Below, in pieces: positions 12,115 through 26,240 of a stretch of DNA of 64,000 nt. Each line of letters begins with the position of its first letter. Position 1 is the first letter of the stretch. Origin of the DNA: Intoshia linei (lineage: Eukaryota > Animalia > Orthonectida); assembly GCA_001642005.1 (NCBI GenBank), contig LWCA01000018.1, positions 18,488 through 82,487 on the forward strand, given 5' to 3'. The notes beneath the pieces are model-generated. The model was not told where the DNA came from, did not search any database, and saw only the letters and a list, made by a program, of their open reading frames with translations. Made by a program: the position numbers and the translations under genes.

Positions 12115-13149
12115 TGTTTGGGTTGTTGATTTAATATTTGAAAATATTAATAAATATTTACCCAACTTGCTTTATTAGAAAATAAGTTAAGAAATTATTT
12201 AATTTCTAGTAATTATTTCAATCATTTTAATTTATTTATATTTACACGAGTTTACTGGTGTAACTCAAACTAGGTGCATACTTTTCCACCGGCTAATTAT
12301 AATACCAACAAAATGGAATTTTGTGTGAATGTAAAATGTTTCCGAAAAATTGGTGTCAAGTGAGTCATTCGCCTACATTGAAAGCAACTCTGTTTAACCT
12401 TACGCGTCATTTACGCGTCATCAATGTATTTTTACTTTCAGCAGCCAATAGAGTGCAAAGATTGGATACGTTCATTAGTAAAAATAGTCACTATATTTTG
12501 AAGAAATAACTGTTTTTAATCATCGATTTTGTTAATTAATCATATTAATGTTTTGATCAAATTTTTATGTTTTTTTACAATTTTTTAAATATTTTGAAGA
12601 TAATTTTAAGTTGAAAATCACTGATCACTGCTCAGTTGTATATTTTGCATAGTAGAATAATATTCATTACGTATTACAGTAGTACAATAGCATTGTAAAT
12701 TATACAATGTATAATATATCGTACATGTGATCTAGTGTCAATTTGGCCAAATATGGGTTACCAAATATGATCATTAATCAAGCTACTTTAAATTCAAACT
12801 AAATTTTAGAATGGATAATTTAACTTCCTAAATACATAATAAAAAACAATAAAAAAGCGGCTAGTATTGTTGTAATATCAACGTTAGAATAATTAGTCTG
12901 AATATTGAAAAATAATACAATAAAATAAAATTTTAAATCAATTGTTGGAATTTTCGCTTCTTCATTGTAAATACACTGATTGTAATTAAAGTAATTGTAA
13001 TTGTACTGAATAATAATGTACACCGGTGTTATTGGATTTAAAAATAAATACATACCTATTAATATAAAATATAATAAATAAATATAACAACAAGTGAAAA
13101 TAACCGTTGAATCATGTTTTATAATAATTTTGAAGATTAAACGTTTAAA

Positions 13150-16100
13150 ATGTCAAGCCAAGCATCATATAACAAGTCAGATCCTAGTCAATTTGATAAT
13201 ATCTGTGCAAATTTATTAAATTCATATACCAATGTTCAAATTGCTCTTGATAATGTATATAAAATAATAAAAGTAGTGTGTAATAATGTACTTAGATTTC
13301 AAATATTAAGACAGAGTTAATCAAGAATAAATTACCATTAACGGCCCTTTCTAAATTAACCACTGGAACCTCATATCTTTATAGAAGGTAAATGTTTTAA
13401 TTTTGATGAAAAAATTTATTTATTGCATGTTTTAGTATAAGCGAACTTTCTGTACCCTGTTATGAAATTGTTCGAATTATAAAATTAAATTCACAAGCAT
13501 GGGAAGACAAAAACAAAATGATCACCCAAATGCATCAAAAATACAAAATTATACAGGGACAATTAAATGTAGCCATTCGATATTTACAACTGCAACGTAT
13601 TTAATATTTTAAAAATTAAATTATAATTAACAAGGTTTGGTGGTTGAGAATAAGACTAGGATAAATTATGTCAAAATTTTAATTGACAATGTTAAGAATT
13701 AAGTAATTTATTAAGTTTTTCAGTCATATTAATCTGGATTAACATTATTATGCATGTTTTATTGGATTATAAATCAAGTCTTTACTCAAGATCAAAATTT
13801 TGTTTTTTGGAAGAAATTCTGAATGAATGAGTACATTTTTATTAAACTAATTAAATTAACTATTAATTATACATTAATTACATGTTTTTATTTTATAAAA
13901 ATTGTATATAGTACATAATTTTATAATTTATAATAAATCACTTCATTTACAAATTGTTAATTTAAAAACATAAATAACTAGCTTGCATGTTTTGTACTTT
14001 GTACAATGTATTACCAATCCGTCAAGGAGTGGTTCCCAAACGTGTCAAGACAATTTTTATTTTTAAATTCTGGGACAATTAATTACTTCAAATGTTTCGT
14101 TTCCAAATAATATTTTCCATAATAATTTCCAAAAAAAAAGGTATATAGTAAATTTCTTTTTTAAACATGAAGGTTTAACTTAATTTTTCATATATTTTAA
14201 ATGGAAAATTTGTAATAAATGTGATCTGTATTTAAATAAATTTTCCAACTTTTTTTTTCAAATTTATATAATAATGGGCAATTTTTGGTTTTAAACATCA
14301 AGATATAAGTTTTTAAAACGGAAATTTATAATTTTTATGATTTTAAAATATTTACCAAAATGTAGATTTTACAACATACTAGGTTAATTTGATTTTTAAA
14401 AAAAGAAAGATCGTCGATAATCGAGGTTTTTTACCTGAAAAACTCAATTTCTGAAATCAATTAGCGATAAAATATAATACTCGAAAAAATTTATTAGAAA
14501 TTGATGTTTTTAAAATTCTATATCTCTAACTTTTGTAAATAAACTGGAACCCTCTAAAATGTACAACAGTACAAAAAAATATAAAATCTTCTTTAAAATA
14601 TTGTACAAACAAATTTCCATAAAAACCCCCTATGAATTTGCTTCAAAACTGGATAGAACTGTATTATAGTAATTTATATTAAAATTATGTTTTTCGAACA
14701 AACAGCATCCTAGTATTCATTATAACCACATGACAGTTTTTTAAAAATAATTATGATATTGTTATTCATCTTCAATTAATTGAAATTTTTTATTTTTCAT
14801 AAAGCAATTACAGTGAGGCCTTTCAATATCGCCAACTCTCAATACCGCCAATTCTCAATACCGCCACTATTTTTCAATTTTATAACAAACTTATAAGGAA
14901 AATTACCATTACCGCCATAAATATTGAAATACCACAATTGGCGGTATTGAGAGGCCTTACTGTAATTGGAAAATATTTTTTCATTTTTCAATTAATTGAT
15001 TATTTTTCAATAATTTTTACCAATTAATTGCAATTAAATTGATTGCAATCAATTAATTCCAATCCTTGATTATAAGATATTATTTAAATAAATTCTATTC
15101 ATAATTCATTAATTTAGAAACTCAGATAAAAAAAAGTGAATTAAATCATATTCATGAAAATTGGGCTAAATTATACAGTTGTTTAATGTTGAAACGTGGA
15201 TTAGGACGTCGATGGAAATTTAGAATGCAAGAGTTTAAAATGTATAAGAAAATAAGGTACGTAATTAAATATTTTGTAGTAGATATTATTAAATATTAAT
15301 AGACTAATTAAAAATTTTTAATCTAAAATGAGTAATTTAAAAATAGAAGGTTATGTAACTTTATGCCTAAAAGAAAAAATTTATAAATTATAAATTAAAA
15401 TAAAAAAATGACTAAACTCACGTAACCCTAAAAATATATTTGTTGACCCCCGAATCACTACCTTTTAATTACCAAACCTGTCTAACACCATGATATTATC
15501 CAGTGGTTAACCTAAGTTTTTAACTTGTAAAGTCACCGATTTACATTTGTATTTTAAAATTGGTAGTACAATAATGCAATCCATTTTAAACTTTTTTTGA
15601 AATGTAAAAAAGACATGTATAGATAATGATCCCATTTAATTTGATGCCGGAATGATATAAATATTTTTCATTTTTGTCCAAAAAAACCGAGTCTACATTA
15701 CATAGCACAAGATGAAAATTTACAATCTCAAAAAAAAACTTTGTTCTACGGGCTTTGAAAAAAGAGGAGACACCTAAGACACCTAAGAGGAGAGTTGGTC
15801 GTATTATTGATAATTTCGTATTGTTGTAATAATATAATGGTATGGTTTCTTAGAAATTTGTAATTCGCGAAAATTTAATATAAAAATAATTTGGAAATAC
15901 CTGGTTGAAACATTTAATATTTTTAAATAATACAATTTAACTTCAAAAAAATAACCGGTTAGCTCTTAAAAATTTTATATGAAATAATAACAATATGTAT
16001 TAAGTTAATAATTAACTAAACTTGTTATTGTCACTTGCATAGTATTACTTATGTTTGGTGATTTATTCGCATTTCATTTTTAATTTACCGTTTATGTGAA

Positions 16101-19100
16101 GTGAAAATGGCTTACTCAAATACCTAAAGTTGATTGAAACTCGACAAGTTAATTCTGTGGAACAACTTGATAGTTATACCAGTAGTATAACTAAAATAGA
16201 AACATTTGAAGATGAATCAATTATGGTAAATACTCCATATAAATAATGCATTACTTTAACTATTAGTCAAGTGATGGAAGTATAGTGACACCATCATATG
16301 AATCGGAACAATATGTGGTAATATTAACTATATTAAAGTAATATTGTATACACATGTATAATTGATGAGCTATTTTCGATTTTTCGGTGGATCTCGAGCA
16401 CGATAAGGTCAGTTCTGAATTAGAACTTCTGATCCATATTACACTTTTTCAATCTCACAAATTAGTTTCTTTATTTTTTGCATTATCAAATCTTTAGTCC
16501 ATAAAGTGATATAGAAAATTTTTAGAGGTCTGTAGAATTTTAAGTTTAATACCACTGATAATAATAATTATAATATTAGGAAAAAATAGACGTATGCGTT
16601 GGAACAAAAATAGAAACGGCTGAAAAGGCACTACAAGTATTTAACTACAAATTTGAGAAATTTTTACACATTAAACTGTTGTATCCAGTCACAGAAGATG
16701 TTTTGGAAAAAGTAACGATAAAAATTTTTAATGAAAAGGAAATGATTGACGAAACTTCCATATCACCAAATAATGATGAAAATGATGAATCAAATAAGGA
16801 TCATGACGATATCGATAAATTAAAAAATATTTATAATGAAAGGGAGAACTATTCAAAAGTTAAGTTATGCATTGATGAGTACATTAAAAACAACCAAGAA
16901 ATATGTGTCTTTGAAGGTTTGAAAATGGAACTGTATGAATCGGATCAAGAGGACGTTTATGCACATATTGATATTGATTTGGATGATTTAAATTTATTGG
17001 TATTTTTAATAATTTTAATACATACATCATATACAATGTATACTAAAATACTCCAAACTAGATAGCACGGGTTTCTATTAAAAATTTTTACAAACAGATT
17101 TCGAATTGTATAACATTCTGGATCTGTAAACAATAAAAAAATAATTTTTCTAATAATTTTTTTTTAAAGTTTACTGCGAAAATGTATTATTAATATAAGA
17201 ATCGCTCTGATAAAAAGTTTGGCTATAATTGGTATAATCCAGAGGTGGTGAAGTATTTACTGTTCGAAGGCCGCACTAATGTCTCAAAAAATTTAATAAA
17301 ATACAGCAGTGCTTCTCATGGTGTGAATACGAAAATTTTAGATGATTGGGGGTGAATGATAAATATTTAGTATATTTTATTCAATTTAATAAAATCTAAT
17401 GAAAAACAATATTTCTATTTGATCCCGAAAAAAAAACCTAATTTTACTAACACTTAAGAAAAAAAAATCGCTTATGTATAAAATTAACTGAAAATCCCAT
17501 TTTACCAAAAATTAATATTAAATAAAAAATAATTCAAATTGTTCAGAAATTCGCACCAAATCGTCAATAAGGCCGCATGGGGCTTTAAGGTCACACTTGC
17601 CCCATTTCTGGTATAATGTATATATTGAAAACTTGTAATATAAAATTTTTGTAGGGCTTTCCAGTTACATACACTTTACCGCATAATAGAGATGGAATGG
17701 AACCGGTTGTACCACAATATTTTGGATTAGATGTTAATGCAATTAATGAAAATGAAATTTCAATGATTGCTCCAATAAAATTCAATCTATTATCTTCCAT
17801 TTCTAATAGACCCATCGGAAAAATTGCAATTATATTTTATTGTGAATATAGACTCATACCAGATTATTGGAACCACGAAATTGGACTATTCGGTAATTAT
17901 TTTTAGTTTATAATGTATGCAAATGTACATTGTACAATAAATATTTAAAATTATAAAAAAATCAAACTGAAAAATATTTATAAATTACCAAATTATTTCC
18001 AACTTTCAGCATTTCTCATTCCCATCAGTTTCAATGCTCAAATTAAAAACGTAATTGAAGTTTAAAAAGGTAAAATCAAAAAACCACACTTGTCTAACAA
18101 TTATTTATTGTAATACAATAATGAAATGATATGTAAAATTCACATAAATATGACCGCCAAATGTTTAAATTAAATACACAGGTAATATACATAAAATGTA
18201 AGATAGTAACTACAATATATAAAAAAACAACACAAAAAAATGCGCCATTTCCATTCTTATCCTTATCATTGTTAAATAATTTCATAATTTGATTTGATTT
18301 AACAATTTTAAAATTAATAGACGAACACGACGAAAGCATTACTGAGGAAGAATCAATAGATGAACAAGTTGTAGAAGAAATTGAAGAGGAGGAAACGAAA
18401 CAAGTTGAAAATCAAGAGTTGCTATTATATAAAAAAAAATTTGACGAAATGGAAAATTTACACCGACAAAAAATTGAAATTTTAAAAAACGATCACAGAT
18501 ATGAATATAAACTAATGACTCAAGAATATGAAAGCACCATAAGTGACTTGAATAAGAAAATTACATCGATGAATAAGCAAATTAAAAAACTGGAAAAATA
18601 CAAAAAGATGAACCCGACTAAAGGACATGTACTCAAAAAGTATAAATAATATTAAAAATAATAAAATATAAAATGATAATACATGTCAATTTTAGATCAA
18701 AATCTCCCTTATTTATCTCACCTCAATTAAAAAATTCACGAAATATTAATATTCAAAATCAAATTAATGATTCCATCTATTCTAATAATGTAATTTTGAA
18801 TAAATTTACATTTATAAATTTTATTCAAACATTTATAAACGTAATTGATTTTTAGATCAATTATAAAAATGATGAGTTATTTGAAGATGTTAATCCTTTG
18901 GATGAAATTTATGTGACTCTCAAAAAAAGAAATGCTCGTAGCATTATAAATGGCGTAAATTTTATTATACTTCATATTAATTTAAAATTTTTTTTAAATT
19001 TAGTTTTTGGAAAGATTAAAAAGAAATCAAGAAAATTCTATGAAATTAAGAAATAAATATTTCCAGTCAATCAAAAAAAGTATCCGGATAGCTACAGAAA

Positions 19101-21225
19101 AGTCTTTGATGAATCAATACAAACTTCAACCTAAATTTATCGAATATGGAGAAAGTTGTATTAAAGGTTATACATTATTTATTAAGGAAATATAAGCAAT
19201 TTTTTCGATTGATTTTTAATAATTTTTTTAATTTTTAATTTTATTTGATTTATTTATGTACGTATCGGAAGCTGAGATTTGCGACAATGGCAATAATTTT
19301 AAAACGTTACAAAATTTGTTTTTTAAAGTTTTGGGATGCTTTTATTTTTAAAAAAATGTCAAAATAGTTTTTTACCCCTGAAGGACTCAATTTCGGAAAA
19401 TTAAACTAAGATAATAATAATAAAATAAACACACTCGCTAAAAATTGTATTATAAATTGTGGCTTTTTTAATTCTAAGACTTAATTTTTCAAATAAACGA
19501 TAACGCACACATTCATTTTAAATAAATTATACATTATTCGGAAATATATAGGGATTATTGTAAATTGCCCAATAGGTTTTTAATTTTTTTTTTAAATTTC
19601 TTATAAATAAAAAATAATGTAATTTAGATGTCAGCATACCTGCATTGTTTATGCCAAATCCAAACCCAAATCAAACGTTGATATATAATCCAAGATTGTA
19701 CAAATTTTTCCATTCCTTAAGTAATTGTTAACATTTGTTGATAAAGTATTACACTATTATACATTATATGTATTATAATAATGTAATCAATTAATAATAA
19801 TAACAAATATATAGTAAAGTAGTATTTTGATAAATATACAATTTTATACTATAAAATGTACTTATAATAAATATTTCTATTTTAGACACTACAGATAGAC
19901 TCACTCAATTACCAGCCATTAATAAAATGAGACACTCGAAAAGCGATGTAATTAAATATCAAATAAAAATAATAGTCAGGCGGTTTATAATTAAATTAAC
20001 AATTAATAATTGGGATTTTTTAAATAAATCATGGATGTACAGTAGGGGTGTAATTTTTTATATTTTTTTTCAAAATTTCATGGTCCAAATACTGATAAAG
20101 TTGCGTGTGATAGTTTTATGATAATCGTGAAAAGAAGAAAAATTATTGAAAATTTTTAGTGGAAGATCATGCCATTTTAAAATTTTCATACAAAAATGTT
20201 CTACAAAAACTAAAATATAAAATTTTGGAACACCCCTAATATGCAAGTGTTTAACATAATATACTGTATAAAAAAATGGGTGCGAATTATTGGTTGCTTT
20301 CGAGAATTCTCGAGAAATTTCAATATTCTTAAATTTAAAATTATATTTGAAAATTTTCAAAAATGTAGTTTGTTATATAAATGCAAAATCTTCAAAAAAT
20401 AATCATTTTTAATTGTCGCTATAAATTTAAGCGTGTATAAACAAAATAATTTCAGTTATTATAATAAAAAAACAATATTACATTTTAAGTAATTCAATTC
20501 AATTGTAAGATTTAATTTATTAATTATTAAATTTTATAGTTACATTATTTACAAAAATAAAATAAAAACAATTTTACATCATAAATTAAGTCACAAAAAA
20601 TTTTTTTTGAAAAACACGATTTTACCAATTCAATTACTAGTAAGTTATTATTAATATCAGCATATATATTTTTTTAAATTCTTCAACTCGTTTGATTTTC
20701 AAAAAGATGGACAATTGGGGTTTTTGCCCGTAAGATGTGAGTTTGGGAGGTTGAAATTATGTTTGACAACATCCCCGGAAAAAACTGTAATTGAAATGTG
20801 GACTTTATAAAATTCTAAGACAGGTAGTTTTAAATAAAGCTGAACACACACACAAACAAAAATCGTGTAGCATATTATATAAGTTAGGATAACAAATTAC
20901 TAGATAATATCTATGATAAAAAACTTTTAATTTTTTCATAAATGTTATTTATTTCATGTTGCATTTGGGGTCCAAAAAAATAAATATTTTGAAATAGGGG
21001 TCAGAAGTACTGATTATATTTGAAATATCAGTACACTATTTGAATCGGGAACCACTGGGTTAGACTAAGTAAAGATTTTCAATTTTTTTAATAATTAATT
21101 AAATTCAATTCAAATTTTAGAAATTTTCAATAATAAATTTATTTGAAATTTCCAACAACTTTAATATTAATGGCGACATTGAAATGGACCAAATATTAGA
21201 CAAATTGGAAGATATTAATAAATAA
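13150..21225 (+). CDS. Large multi-exon uncharacterised coiled-coil protein
   Basis: Chain of GT-AG-bounded exons from MSSQASYNKSD (13150), including ISELSVPCYEIVRIIK, NWAKLYSCLMLKRGLGRRWKF, the 16679-17000 acidic exon, the 17655-17892 exon and the 18320-18630 coiled coil; probable last exon 21121-21225. The internal exon set is approximate. Confidence 0.65.
14811..14962. mobile_element. Tc1/pogo (Tigger-like) MITE
   Basis: TA-CAGTGAGGCCTTTCAATA ... TATTGAGAGGCCTTACTG-TA; internal repeats of CAATACCGCCA. Confidence 0.85.
17240..17609. mobile_element. hAT MITE, family 'CAGAGGTGG'
   Basis: Ends cagaggtggtgaag / ttgcccatttctg; TSD gtataatc / gtataatg; homologous to 51026-51395 and 36059-36671. 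Confidence 0.8.
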
Positions 21226-21437
21226 ATGTATTCTTATTGTATTTTTTATACATTTATTATAAATGAATCGCTTTTACACATGTATCTGCGAAGAGTTAAT
21301 CAAAATATTTTATATAACGGAGTCCTAGTAAAAATTTAATTTTTTTTAATAATTGTCGTAATAAAATTACATTTTATTAAACTAAAAAAAAAAGAAACGT
21401 ATTTAGGCTAGTACCCATGTATTAGATACCTCTAACC

Positions 21438-21775
21438 CAGTCATTACCAACCTGTAGGTATATACCCACGAGTGGGTAATCGCGAAATTTGTTCTAAAAA
21501 AATAGGAATTTTTTTATTTTTTTTGTGTCGCATGCATAGTAACGAATGAAATATACTTTTTCCATTTAGTCCTTCAGGATGAAAAACAAAATTTCTTCTT
21601 TATTTTACTATTTTGTAAAATTAGTTTTTTAAAGCATTTTAATTAAATTTACTATTAAAAAATTATATGGATTATTCTAAAACCTGACCATCCAAAATGC
21701 AGTTAAACAATACTGTGGGTAATATCAAAATAAGTACTATAAGGGTAATGTAGTAAAAAAGGTTATGAAACACTG
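21438..21775. mobile_element. hAT (Charlie-like) MITE
   Basis: Ends cagtcattaccaacct / aggttatgaaacactg; TSD ctctaacc / ctctaatc. Confidence 0.7.
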
Positions 21776-21958
21776 CTCTAATCGGTATGCAAAAATAAAA
21801 CAATGATTATGCTCTATCACGAGAGAGCCCTAATGAAATTTTTAAATGATTAATCATTGCCCTATACCAAAAACGATAAATAAATTTGGGTACTCCCTTA
21901 CTCTTATACATTTCAACGAAACAACAATGTGAAACAAATTAATGAAAATTTATTAATA

Positions 21959-22387
21959 TTAATTAATTTTAATGTAATTATAAATGGACTTTTTATTGTA
22001 ATTGAATAATTTGGGATTATTTAGGTATTTTACGTCATGAACAATGACAGACATGAGCCCAAATCTTCTAGCTTGCTGAATGAGACCAGAAATGTGTTTT
22101 TCCATGTAAATACATAATCCAGTAATATCTCGTTTTAAAAATTTTCCCGTATAAGGTGACACAAACTGACTGAGCAATCGAATATTTTTATAGTTTAACT
22201 GTATATTGTGTTTACATATAATACACTTTTTTGAACATTGCTTGTATAAATCTTTTCCAGTATCCTCTTGAATTGAAATTACTGGTTTCGATTTTGTTAC
22301 ATATTTGACATTTGGATTTATGTAAGGCAATTTTAATTTTCCCGAATTTGTTTTAAAAATTTTATTCATCATATTTAATAACAACAT
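21959..22387 (-). CDS. MRPS18C: Mitochondrial ribosomal protein S18C (bS18m), intronless
   Basis: CIICKHNIQLNYKNIRLLSQFVSPYTGK..ITGLC..ARRFGLM matches the S18c signature. Confidence 0.92.
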   Translation of the reverse strand: MLLLNMMNKIFKTNSGKLKLPYINPNVKYVTKSKPVISIQEDTGKDLYKQCSKKCIICKHNIQLNYKNIRLLSQFVSPYTGKFLKRDITGLCIYMEKHISGLIQQARRFGLMSVIVHDVKYLNNPKLFNYNKKSIYNYIKIN

Positions 22388-23005
22388 ATCTTTTTATTTT
22401 TTTATTATCGACATTTATTATTTAAATTTCAATAAATTTTTCTTTAACACATTTATCACTGATCACTGATCAGTTTTGTTGACCAATACACTGCACTAGT
22501 TACGTATTTTATTTCATCATGTCACGTCATCCATATTTTATGGACCAGACAGACATTTTGATAGTTGACTGCTTACCAAAATTAGATCAAAAAGTATCCA
22601 TTTTGAATTATTTTTCAAAAATTCGTCTGGGTCACCGGTACACATTGATAAACGAATTTACACTGTATTATGGTTTAAAATTTTAGCTAAAATATACATC
22701 TTCATTTTGAGATAATTATGATTAGCTCATTAACTTTTTTATAAACATGTGTTATAAATATCAATATATTAGTATACAATACAATGTAAGTATGTTGTAG
22801 TAATTTGTAATTATAATGTTGGAGCGCTTTAATAGAATGGTATGGTTTTAATGAATGTGCCATTAATTATTCAATTTTAGTACATTGATGTACTATGTTA
22901 ATGCAAGTTAAAAAATTTCATTATATATTGGCTTGTATTAATGTTGCTATAGTTCCATTTAAATGAATTGTAAAATGTGCTAAAAAAAGGATAATTAATT
23001 AATAA

Positions 23006-23845
23006 TTGCTTCTACTTATTAATCAAGTATCAACAATTAATTTTCATTTTACAAATAATGTGATACAAGTTAAATCAACTTTGAATAATCCTCAAATAAA
23101 AATGCACAACCCAACAAAGGTAATAAGTATCCACGAATTTATAAAATGTCACGCTGAAGTATTGAAACTAAAAAGAAATGAAAAAAATGAAAAAATAACT
23201 GAACTTGAAGAAAAAATTTCCACATACAAATTTATGACGACACACTGTAAGAAAAAAGAATGGCAATGGTACCATAAAATAAAATACTACTATCTTGAAT
23301 ATTTGAAATCAGTCGAAATATACAACATTGGAGAAGTGTTCATGTGTTACATGAAAACCAAATGGATTTACTATCAATTGGAGGCATTGGAAAATGAAAT
23401 TTCATATTTTGAACATGAAAACGAAACTTATCTAGAAATGTCAATTTTCACCAATTTCTTTAAAACTTTCATGTCGTATTTGATTGTTCAATTAAATCTG
23501 AGACATGCAAAGCTTTACGTGAAAAAATTCTATGCATTGAGATACGCAGCAGGAAATGTGTTAAGTTATCAAACTTTGATTAATTTGCAACATCTCAAAG
23601 ATCAATTTTTATTTGAGTGTTTATGGAGGGAATATGAAGAAAATGTCAACGATGGTACATTTGATTTAACTAATCTTGTTACACTTGTAATTACATTTTT
23701 AGATTACAAACGTATTTACCCCAAAAATCTCGCCGATATCTACCCTCATGATGTTATTATATTAAAGAAAACGGACACAATGCACTCATTTTTAGAAGAA
23801 TATATAAAATGTTTTAAAGAGTTTGTAAAGTTTTTAGTCAAGTAG
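23006..23845 (+). CDS. Uncharacterised protein (long uninterrupted ORF; first ATG at 23102, an upstream exon is possible)
   Basis: 279-codon open frame in very AT-rich DNA with protein-like composition; no family recognised. Confidence 0.6.
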   Translation: MLLLINQVSTINFHFTNNVIQVKSTLNNPQIKMHNPTKVISIHEFIKCHAEVLKLKRNEKNEKITELEEKISTYKFMTTHCKKKEWQWYHKIKYYYLEYLKSVEIYNIGEVFMCYMKTKWIYYQLEALENEISYFEHENETYLEMSIFTNFFKTFMSYLIVQLNLRHAKLYVKKFYALRYAAGNVLSYQTLINLQHLKDQFLFECLWREYEENVNDGTFDLTNLVTLVITFLDYKRIYPKNLADIYPHDVIILKKTDTMHSFLEEYIKCFKEFVKFLVK

Positions 23846-24201
23846 ATGATTTATTGTAGTTTTGTTTTTTCGAAATACATCTTTAAAATTTAAATTAAAT
23901 GCATGATATACTTTTTATTTGCAAATAAGAATTTTTTATCGTTTGAATGAGCCATGTTAATTTGCAAAATTCACTTTTCACAATAACCTTACACCTCATT
24001 CGTAGGTCGCGAACTTATTATTCGTATTATTGCATTTCATATTGACATTTCAGCAGATAGGTACATCAATGTAAAAAGTCTAAAATCCAGACTCTGGATG
24101 TAATATAAATTCATTCTTATTGACAACGTTATAGTGACAAGTTACAAGGATTTTTCGATTGTAAATAAATGATAAAAATGTCAATACATCGATATGAATA
24201 G

Positions 24202-25531
24202 ATGGATACAAAATCTATAAAAAATGCTTTTTGTAAGTTGTAAATAATGCAGAAATTGATGTTTAGATTATTATTTGAAAAAAGGTGATTATGTTGGACT
24301 CTGCAGCAATAATATATATCACTTAAACCATAACGATGAATTTCTCAATACATTCCTAAACTTTCTATTGGATTTTGTTAAAAGTGGCATTGAAACAGAG
24401 TGTATATTTTCGGTAGATGTTATTAATCAAATGATGATTAATTGTAATAATAAAGTCAAAAGATTCATTTCCCAGAAACGTATTCTAGAAAGATTCGTCG
24501 TTGTTTTTCATCCCAGCGTAAGTATTTTTTATTAAAAATAAACTACAAATAGCAAACCAGTCCACCTCCACTCAATATCAAAAATCGTATCATTTCATTT
24601 TTGTATACGTGGTCCACTGGTATGCCACATTTGAACAATTTTAAACACTATTACAACGAAATTAATGGTTCCGTCCATTTTACCAGTCAAGTATTGTTTT
24701 CATTATAATATACATATTTTTTATTTTTAAAGGACACCATTATGCCTTATACGAGCGAACCTTCTCGTGCTTCCTTTGAAACTACCGAATCTGTTCAAGT
24801 TTGGCTTATTTTTTAATTTTCATTGTATTTAGTTATTGTCAAAACTTATCAATAGTAAACAAAGGGTTGACACGGAATATGCAAATAGATATATTAAATT
24901 ATTGATTGAATCGGAAAATAAACGAGATGACGAAGTCAGGATCTTTGTTTTTGATTTGGAAGCAGAGATTCAAAATTTTATTGCTACAATGGATACGTTT
25001 GATTTCGATGACGCTACAAATAGAGAACCCATTACCAATAATTTGGAGGTACATTCGAATTGTATTTTACTTTTGATGATTGAGGGAATATATTAGATAA
25101 ATAATTAGCAAAGTAAGAGAAATGCGGAACAAGCTAGGGTGTAGTTGTCATGTGTCGTTTTTTTGTTTATATGTGGTTTCACGTGGCCGTTAAGAGTGAC
25201 TCATTTAATTTTTTCCACTAATTAAATAAAAAAATATCTTACCCTTACGATCTAAGGTTTAACCGGAGCGGAAACATCCAATATATGCCTTGTTTTCATA
25301 TACATTTATGTATTTAGGTTGATTATTCGAATTTAGAGAACATATGAAAAATTCAAAATGAAACAATCCAGAATAGAAGAGCTGACTAATAAAAATTTAC
25401 AAGTCAGTGAAAAAAATACTCAAATGATTATTGGTGTAAATGAAAAACTTTTATCGTGCTTTGAAAATTATCGTATATTCAAAGAAAAAGTTAAAAAGAT
25501 CAATGTTATTACTAGCCTTATTGATATTTAA
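24202..25531 (+). CDS. GGA-like VHS-GAT adaptor protein lacking hinge and GAE
   Basis: VHS-like ILERFVVVFHPS|..IKNRIISFLYTWSTGMP; GGA N-GAT-like LLSKLINSKQRVDTEYANRYIKLLIESENKR; GAT helix ending IIGVNEKLLSCFENY; stop after SLIDI overlapping AATAAA. Confidence 0.72.
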
Positions 25532-25745
25532 TAAAACTTTGTGTAGTGGTAATTTATAATATAATTAGTTTATCTTAAAATCATTATAAAGATGATTACG
25601 TTTCAAAAATATGTTTGTGATTTAATCTAGCTTTATATATATAGATTTGACTGGAAGATGCAGATTTATTAGTTAAACTATTTTTTTGTACATCAACTGG
25701 AACAAACTGAAAATTTTGATTATTAAATTGAAGGTTGTTTTAATA

Positions 25746-25878
25746 CAGGCATTCCCACATTTTTTTCACCGCGGACCATTAAAGTGAAATTGATAAAAAA
25801 CGTAATAAATTGGCTAAATTAATAAAAATTATTTCACGGACCAGTACTAGTCCGCGGACCGGCGTTTGGGAAACTCTG
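25746..25878. mobile_element. Short hAT (Charlie/MER-like) MITE
   Basis: Ends caggcattcccac / tttgggaaactctg with subterminal ccgcggacc motifs; TSD not clear. Confidence 0.6.
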
Positions 25879-26240
25879 TTTAAAGGTTAAACTTTATAGT
25901 TCATCATATTTTAATTATGGTTAATTTTATCACGATGTTTAAAATTTGCACTTGGGATTAAGAATTTGATGAAATATATGTTCCAAAATTTAAAAAAAAC
26001 GCATGAGTACCGAAATTTTTTCAGAACCTTGGTGTGTTACAAAAAAGGTTGGGAATCACTTTAGAGTTTCAATATTTCTTGGTTGTTAACCATAAAGATG
26101 CAAAATTATCGTTCAAAGAGACTACGTCAGCGTTAAAAAATTAAGTTTTTGTATAATCGGGACGACTGCCAGACGTTCAATTTTATACAAATATAGGATT
26201 CAGATGTGAATTGTTTCGCAACAATAGTCACAGTAACATA

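Noticed and set aside
12820-13115. Possible small membrane-protein gene on the minus strand
   Set aside because: Could not assemble a consistent spliced frame from the upstream ATG; composition is indistinguishable from AT-rich non-coding DNA.
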